From contig DATFPO010000213.1 of the NCBI GenBank assembly GCA_035264745.1, positions 1 to 31,661 of the forward strand: DNA of 31,661 bases, given 5' to 3'. The position numbers were made by a program, and so were the translations under genes. Positions within the stretch are counted from its first letter, which is position 1. The number at the start of each line of letters is the position of its first letter. The notes under the pieces are model-generated. The model was given only the letters and a program-made list of their open reading frames with translations. It did not search any database and was not told the DNA's origin. The stretch comes from Solirubrobacteraceae bacterium. GTDB taxonomy: Bacteria > Actinomycetota > Thermoleophilia > Solirubrobacterales > Solirubrobacteraceae. Of the stretch, positions 27,125-31,661 are shown one piece after another.

Positions 27125-27910
27125 ATGAGGCTCCTGTTCGTCGGCGACGTCGTCGGCGGCATCGGCCGGCGCAGCCTGCGGGCGCTTCTGCCCGAGCTTC
27201 GGGAGCGCCACCAGCCCGACTTCGTCGTGGTCAACGGCGAGAACGCGGCCGGCGGCGTGGGGATCACCCCGCGAGTGGCTGAGGAGCTCTTCGGTCTCGG
27301 CGCCGATGCGCTCACGCTGGGCAACCACGCCTACCGCCACCGCGAGGTCTACCGCTACCTGGATGAGGAGCCGCGGATCGTGCGGCCCGCGAATTACCTG
27401 CGCAGCCAGCCCGGGCGGGGAAGCTGTGTGGTCGAGCGCGATGGGGTCCGCCTCGGCGTGGTGAACCTGAGCGGCAACCTGTTCATGCAGGCCGGGCGCC
27501 CGGCGTTCGTGGAGATCGACTCGGTGCTCAGCGGGCTGGAGGGAAAGGTGGACCACCTGGTGGTCGACATGCACGCCGAGGCCACCAGCGAGAAGGTGGG
27601 CATGGGTTGGCACCTGGACGGTCGGGTGACCGCCGTCGTCGGGACCCACACCCACGTCCCCACCGCCGACGCCCGGGTGCTTCCGGGAGGGACCGCGTAC
27701 ATCACCGACGTGGGCATGACCGGGCCGCGGGGCGGCGTCATCGGGGTCAAGCGCGAGCAGGCGCTCGAGGCGTTGAGCCGCCAGATGCCCGTCCACTTCG
27801 AGACGGCGGAGGAGGATCCCTGGCTGATGGCGGTGCTGATCACCGCCACCGAGCCCATGCGCGCGGAGTCGATCGAGCCGATCCTGCTCCCCGCCCCGGG
27901 CGTGCGCTGA
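27125..27910 (+). CDS. ymdB: YmdB-family metallophosphoesterase (2',3'-cyclic nucleotide phosphodiesterase)
   Basis: LFVGDVVG, VNGENAAGG, TLGNH, RPANY, VDMHAEATSEK, GTHTHVPTAD, YITDVGMTG. Confidence 0.96.
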   Translation: MRLLFVGDVVGGIGRRSLRALLPELRERHQPDFVVVNGENAAGGVGITPRVAEELFGLGADALTLGNHAYRHREVYRYLDEEPRIVRPANYLRSQPGRGSCVVERDGVRLGVVNLSGNLFMQAGRPAFVEIDSVLSGLEGKVDHLVVDMHAEATSEKVGMGWHLDGRVTAVVGTHTHVPTADARVLPGGTAYITDVGMTGPRGGVIGVKREQALEALSRQMPVHFETAEEDPWLMAVLITATEPMRAESIEPILLPAPGVR

Positions 27911-27912
27911 CC

Positions 27913-29703
27913 CTACGCCGCGGCGACGGCCTCCTGCGGCCGCCCGCGCGCGGGCGGCGGGGCGGGCGGCGGGGCGCCTGCGCCGGCCAGCACCACCACC
28001 ATGACCAGCGGAAAGAACCACACGATGTAGAGGTAGAACCAATGCGTGACGCCGATCTGGACGGCGATGAGCACCGCGGCCGCCAACGCGGCCAGGCTCA
28101 CCACGTCGCGCCGCCGGGGCACGAACGCCACCACGACGGCCAGGGCCATGGCCGCCAGCTGGACGGCGATCTGCACGCCGTGCAGCCCTCCGACCAGCCC
28201 CCACAGCGAGAACGGGGAGTCGCGGTCCGCCTGGTAGGCCACCGCCCGCTGCCAGAACTGGCCGGCTGACCCCTCGAGCATCACCGGGACGAACGCCACC
28301 GCGGCGGCGGCCAGGAAGCCGGCGCTGAACCGCGCCAGCGAGCGAATCCGGCCGCCGCGCGCACCGGCGCCGGCCGGCCGGTAGAGGGCGAACAGGGGCG
28401 CCAGCGCGAGCGGGGCGAACTTGGTGGCGGCCGCCATGGCCACCGCGGCGCCGCGGGCCGCCGGGCGTCCGGCCGCCAGCAGGGCGGCCGTGACCAGCGC
28501 GGCCACCAGCGAGTCGTTGCTGTTGGAGTTCGACGCGAACAGCGTGAACGGGTATGCGGCCCAGGCATAGGCCAGCGCGATGCCCAGCGTCGGACCCCGG
28601 ATGCGAACGCCGGTCAGGAAGAGGAGCAGGATGGTCAGCAGGTCGAAGCCCACCGCCGCACCGTGCGCCGCGGGCAGGTCGTCCCAGCGCCCGCTCCAGG
28701 GCCACACGCGCTCGAACGGGACGTAGGCGTAGTACACGACCGGGCCGTAGGTGTCCCCGTGCTCGTTGTCGCGCGGGAAGTGATGGTAGATCGGCTTGCC
28801 GTGGACGATCCGGTCGGCGCCGATCACGCCCGCGTACCCCACGTCGATCACGTTCGAGTCCACGACGTTGAGCCCCACCCGAAAGCCGATCAGGAACACC
28901 AGGCCGACCACCAGCCACGTCGTCGGCACCAGCAGCGGCGGGTCGGCCGTCGCCCCAAGTCGGGGTTCGCGCGCGCGGGCGCGCGCGAGCAGCAGCATGC
29001 GCACCAGCAGGTAGGCCAGGGGCGGGTACGCGAGCGGGACCGAGACCCCGATCTCCCCATGGCTGAAGAAGCCCAGCGAGACCGAGAAGCTGGCCAGCAC
29101 GAGAAGGTCCAGGTGGCGCAGCGAGCGCAGCCGCCGGCGATCCACGAAGGGGGCCACGAACAGGACCAGCAGCGGGATCCAGACGTAGAGCGCCCCCGCC
29201 TTGCGGCCGAACGCGCCGGGGTACCCCCGCGCCATCGACCAGGCCACCTGGAAACCACTCCAGGACTCCAGCACCCTCCCGGTGCGGTCGTCGATGATCA
29301 CCTGGGCGATCTCCTTGCGCTCAGACGACGGCTGGCCGCGCCGCGGAGCCGTGAAGTAGGAGACCTGCCAGCGGCCGGATCCCTTGAGGTAGGCCGAGGC
29401 CGTGGCGCCGGGATGGCGGCGCAGCGTCGCCACCACCGTCCGGTCGCGTGCGGCGATCCGCAGGACGTCGCGCGCCGAGCGCAGACGTCCGCGCGGCGGC
29501 ACCACCTGGCTGGCGGGTGTGACCAGCTGGTCGGGGTCGGTGGGCGCCCGCGAGCGCGGCGCGGCCGTGGTGGAGCCGGCGGCGCCACCGGCTCCCGCAG
29601 CGGGCTGGGGGGCGGCGGCGGTCAGCGCCAGGGCCGCGGCGACGACCACCGCGACCGCCCCACCGCCCCACCGGGGCGCGACGTGTTGCCCTCGCGTGCT
29701 CAG
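27913..29703 (-). CDS. GT-C fold (GT87-like) polyprenol-phosphate-sugar glycosyltransferase with an N-terminal exported PepSY-like domain; start uncertain (29703 CTG or 29649 GTG)
   Basis: Signal-like N-terminus, soluble domain ending VIIDDRTGRVLE, then many TMs with DSNVIDVGY, DTYGP, YPF...NSND, KFAP, SPFSLWG, WFYLYIVWF. Confidence 0.75.
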   Translation of the reverse strand: MSTRGQHVAPRWGGGAVAVVVAAALALTAAAPQPAAGAGGAAGSTTAAPRSRAPTDPDQLVTPASQVVPPRGRLRSARDVLRIAARDRTVVATLRRHPGATASAYLKGSGRWQVSYFTAPRRGQPSSERKEIAQVIIDDRTGRVLESWSGFQVAWSMARGYPGAFGRKAGALYVWIPLLVLFVAPFVDRRRLRSLRHLDLLVLASFSVSLGFFSHGEIGVSVPLAYPPLAYLLVRMLLLARARAREPRLGATADPPLLVPTTWLVVGLVFLIGFRVGLNVVDSNVIDVGYAGVIGADRIVHGKPIYHHFPRDNEHGDTYGPVVYYAYVPFERVWPWSGRWDDLPAAHGAAVGFDLLTILLLFLTGVRIRGPTLGIALAYAWAAYPFTLFASNSNSNDSLVAALVTAALLAAGRPAARGAAVAMAAATKFAPLALAPLFALYRPAGAGARGGRIRSLARFSAGFLAAAAVAFVPVMLEGSAGQFWQRAVAYQADRDSPFSLWGLVGGLHGVQIAVQLAAMALAVVVAFVPRRRDVVSLAALAAAVLIAVQIGVTHWFYLYIVWFFPLVMVVVLAGAGAPPPAPPPARGRPQEAVAAA

Positions 29704-31196
29704 AGCCGGAAGTGTGCCCGCACCATCGGCTCCACGTCGCGCACCGACCACTGGGCCCGGTCCTCGCTGCTGGCAGGGCCGGCGCCGCACCACAGCAGCG
29801 GGCACAGCGAGTCGTCCCGGTGCAGCGAGCCGTGGCTGCCAGCACCGAGGTGCCCGGCACCGCCCCAGTCGGTGAACTCGTGGCCCGGCGCAGCCGAGAG
29901 GAGCACGTCTCCGGAGTGGGCGCATTGCAGCGCCGACCAGGCCCGCCCGAGCGGGTCGGGGTAGTCGTCGCTGACCAGCACCCCGTCCTGCACCCTCGCC
30001 GCCACGACGTCGAGCTCACCAGCCACGCTCCAGCGCTCGCCGCGCAGGTCCGCGAGCTCCCCTCCGGGCGAGAACCTGAGCCGTCCGGGGTCGCCAGCGA
30101 TGATCGCCTCGCCGTCCTCGAGCCACAGGGCCAGATCGACCGCGTCGGACTCCAGCCCCGCCTCCACGACGTCGTAGACCACCCCCTCGCGCAGCTCGGG
30201 GTCGAGCGCGTAGACCATCGCGGCCCGCTGTCCGGGGCACAGCGCCACCTCGCCCTCCTCGGGGGCCGGGTCGTCGGGTTGCAGGACGCGCCAGCCGCCG
30301 ACCAGCTCCTCCAGCTCGATCGGGGAGTCGACCTGGGATTGGGCGTGGTCGGCCAGGACGATCACGGCGTGATCGGCCAGGAACTCGTCGAAGCCCCCTG
30401 CCGCCTCCATCACCCGCTGGAGCTGGCGGTCGGCCAGCTCGACCGAGGTCAGCTGCGCCTCGGGGCCCCGCCGGTGCGACCAGGCGTCGTTGTCGGGCAG
30501 CGACAGCAGCAGGAAGTCGAACAGGTCGTGCTCCACCAGGTAGGCGCCGACGCAGCCGGCATGGGCGTCGCGCGCCCCCGGGAGCCCCAGCTGCGATCGG
30601 CACCCGGTCGGGCGCGAGGAGAACAGGTCGGCGTAGAAGAGCTCCTGGGGCCCGTACACGGCATGGCGGAACAGCGTCGCCCCTACCAGCCGGGCCAGCG
30701 CGCTCTCGGTGCTGATCGGGTGGCGGTGGCGGCCGCGGTAGACCATGAAGGTCGTCCCCGCGGTCCTCAGCCCGGCGTCGTCCAGCGACTCGAACACCGT
30801 GGGCGTGCGCCGCGAGAGGTGGGCGAGGTTGAGGTTGTAGATGGTGTCGGTGAGCGAGCGCTGGATCCCGAACGCCCGGGTGGCCGGCAGGCTGGACCCG
30901 TATTCGACGTAGCGTGCCTCGCCCCGATGGAACCAGTTCATCGCCGGGATCCCGTGCCGGTCGGGCCCCACGCCCGTGGCAATCGCCGAGGTGCACACCG
31001 GGGTGACCGACGGGAACGCCGAGACGCAGTCGTCCACGTAGACGCCGTGCTCCATGAGGTGGGCCAGCGCCGGCGTCCGGCCCTCCTCTACGGCACGCTC
31101 GAGGCTCTCGGAGCGCAGCCCGTCGATGACCACGAGCACCAGCTTCCTGATCGATCCCCGCTTCCCGCCGCGCCCGCGGCCCCGCGCGGTGCTCAC
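29700..31196 (-). CDS. Alkaline phosphatase superfamily nucleotide pyrophosphatase/phosphodiesterase
   Basis: LVVIDG, FPSVTP (Thr nucleophile), ATG..P.RHGI, DNDAWSH, ADHA, HGSL; no obvious signal peptide. Confidence 0.9.
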   Translation of the reverse strand: MSTARGRGRGGKRGSIRKLVLVVIDGLRSESLERAVEEGRTPALAHLMEHGVYVDDCVSAFPSVTPVCTSAIATGVGPDRHGIPAMNWFHRGEARYVEYGSSLPATRAFGIQRSLTDTIYNLNLAHLSRRTPTVFESLDDAGLRTAGTTFMVYRGRHRHPISTESALARLVGATLFRHAVYGPQELFYADLFSSRPTGCRSQLGLPGARDAHAGCVGAYLVEHDLFDFLLLSLPDNDAWSHRRGPEAQLTSVELADRQLQRVMEAAGGFDEFLADHAVIVLADHAQSQVDSPIELEELVGGWRVLQPDDPAPEEGEVALCPGQRAAMVYALDPELREGVVYDVVEAGLESDAVDLALWLEDGEAIIAGDPGRLRFSPGGELADLRGERWSVAGELDVVAARVQDGVLVSDDYPDPLGRAWSALQCAHSGDVLLSAAPGHEFTDWGGAGHLGAGSHGSLHRDDSLCPLLWCGAGPASSEDRAQWSVRDVEPMVRAHFRL

Positions 31197-31661
31197 CGCA
31201 GGACGCGCAGGCCGGCGTATTTGCGCTGGTCGCGATGGCGCCCGCGGACCAGCAGCACCAAAGCGACGGCGACCACGACCAGCGAGAGCGGCGGGAGCAC
31301 GACCGCGACGGCCGCGAACGCCAGCGCCAGGCCCTCCAGGTAGATGACCAGCGCCGCGCGCGCCTCGCGGTCGAGCCGGGCGACGACCCGCCCGAAGAAG
31401 TTGCGCACGGCCGCCTGGGTCAGTGCGGCGCAGGCCAGCCCGCCGACTAGTCCGGGCCAGGCCGGCTCTCCCACGTCGGCCAGCGACCCCCCGAATTCCA
31501 GGGCCCCCATCCCGATGCCCACGCCGCCCACCGCCGCCGCCAGCGCGCCCGGTCCCAGCGCCGGGGCGCCGCGCCGGCGCTCGATGACGGTCACCACCAC
31601 CAGGCCCGCGGCGGCCGCCAGCAGGAAGATCGGGCTCTCGAGGAAGCTGTAGTCGGTTCGA
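31193..31661 (-). CDS. Hypothetical integral membrane protein, 5'-truncated by the window edge
   Basis: Frame stays open to position 31660 (RTDYSFLESPIFLLAAAAGLVVV...); several TMs; C-terminus RKYAGLRVLR; GTGA overlap with the phosphodiesterase. Confidence 0.7.
   Translation of the reverse strand, partial: RTDYSFLESPIFLLAAAAGLVVVTVIERRRGAPALGPGALAAAVGGVGIGMGALEFGGSLADVGEPAWPGLVGGLACAALTQAAVRNFFGRVVARLDREARAALVIYLEGLALAFAAVAVVLPPLSLVVVAVALVLLVRGRHRDQRKYAGLRVLR

Noticed and set aside
27952-27975. 12-nt tandem repeat GGGCGGCGGGGC x2
   Set aside because: Only encodes APPP twice in a low-complexity C-terminal tail.

Overview
Very high-GC bacterial chromosomal DNA, most likely Actinomycetota, class Thermoleophilia (Solirubrobacterales-like). 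That assignment is an inference from GC content and gene repertoire. The window is housekeeping DNA with no mobile element, CRISPR array or rRNA. The + strand carries rpsF-ssb-rpsR-rplI-dnaB, a DnaC/DnaI-like AAA+ loader gene coupled to dnaB, and purA. The - strand carries tatA-tatC, a TPR-like membrane protein, tRNA-Lys(CTT), a class IV aminotransferase and a UDP-diacetamido-uronate-type sugar cluster (WbpI/A/B/D-like, no WbpE in the window). A second - strand run of about 12.5 kb holds an AI-2E permease, an ABC-2 exporter, an orphan membrane sensor, hemB, fused ahbAB, hemL, a cryptic prenyltransferase-fold gene, a b6-type qcrABC, menG and hepT. The window ends with ymdB (+) and a GT87-like/phosphodiesterase/membrane-protein operon (-). 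Best candidates for undescribed biology: (1) a 'hypothetical' gene that aligns by eye with the neighbouring polyprenyl synthase but has lost DDxxD and the RR loop, suggesting a heteromeric prenyl synthase small subunit; (2) a CDS whose ATG lies 1 nt after a CCA-less tRNA; (3) a dnaB-dnaC-like helicase/loader pair with a possible leaderless uORF over the dnaB start; (4) a sigma28-type promoter on a leaderless Zn-ribbon gene. All family calls come from motif recognition by eye; no searches were run.
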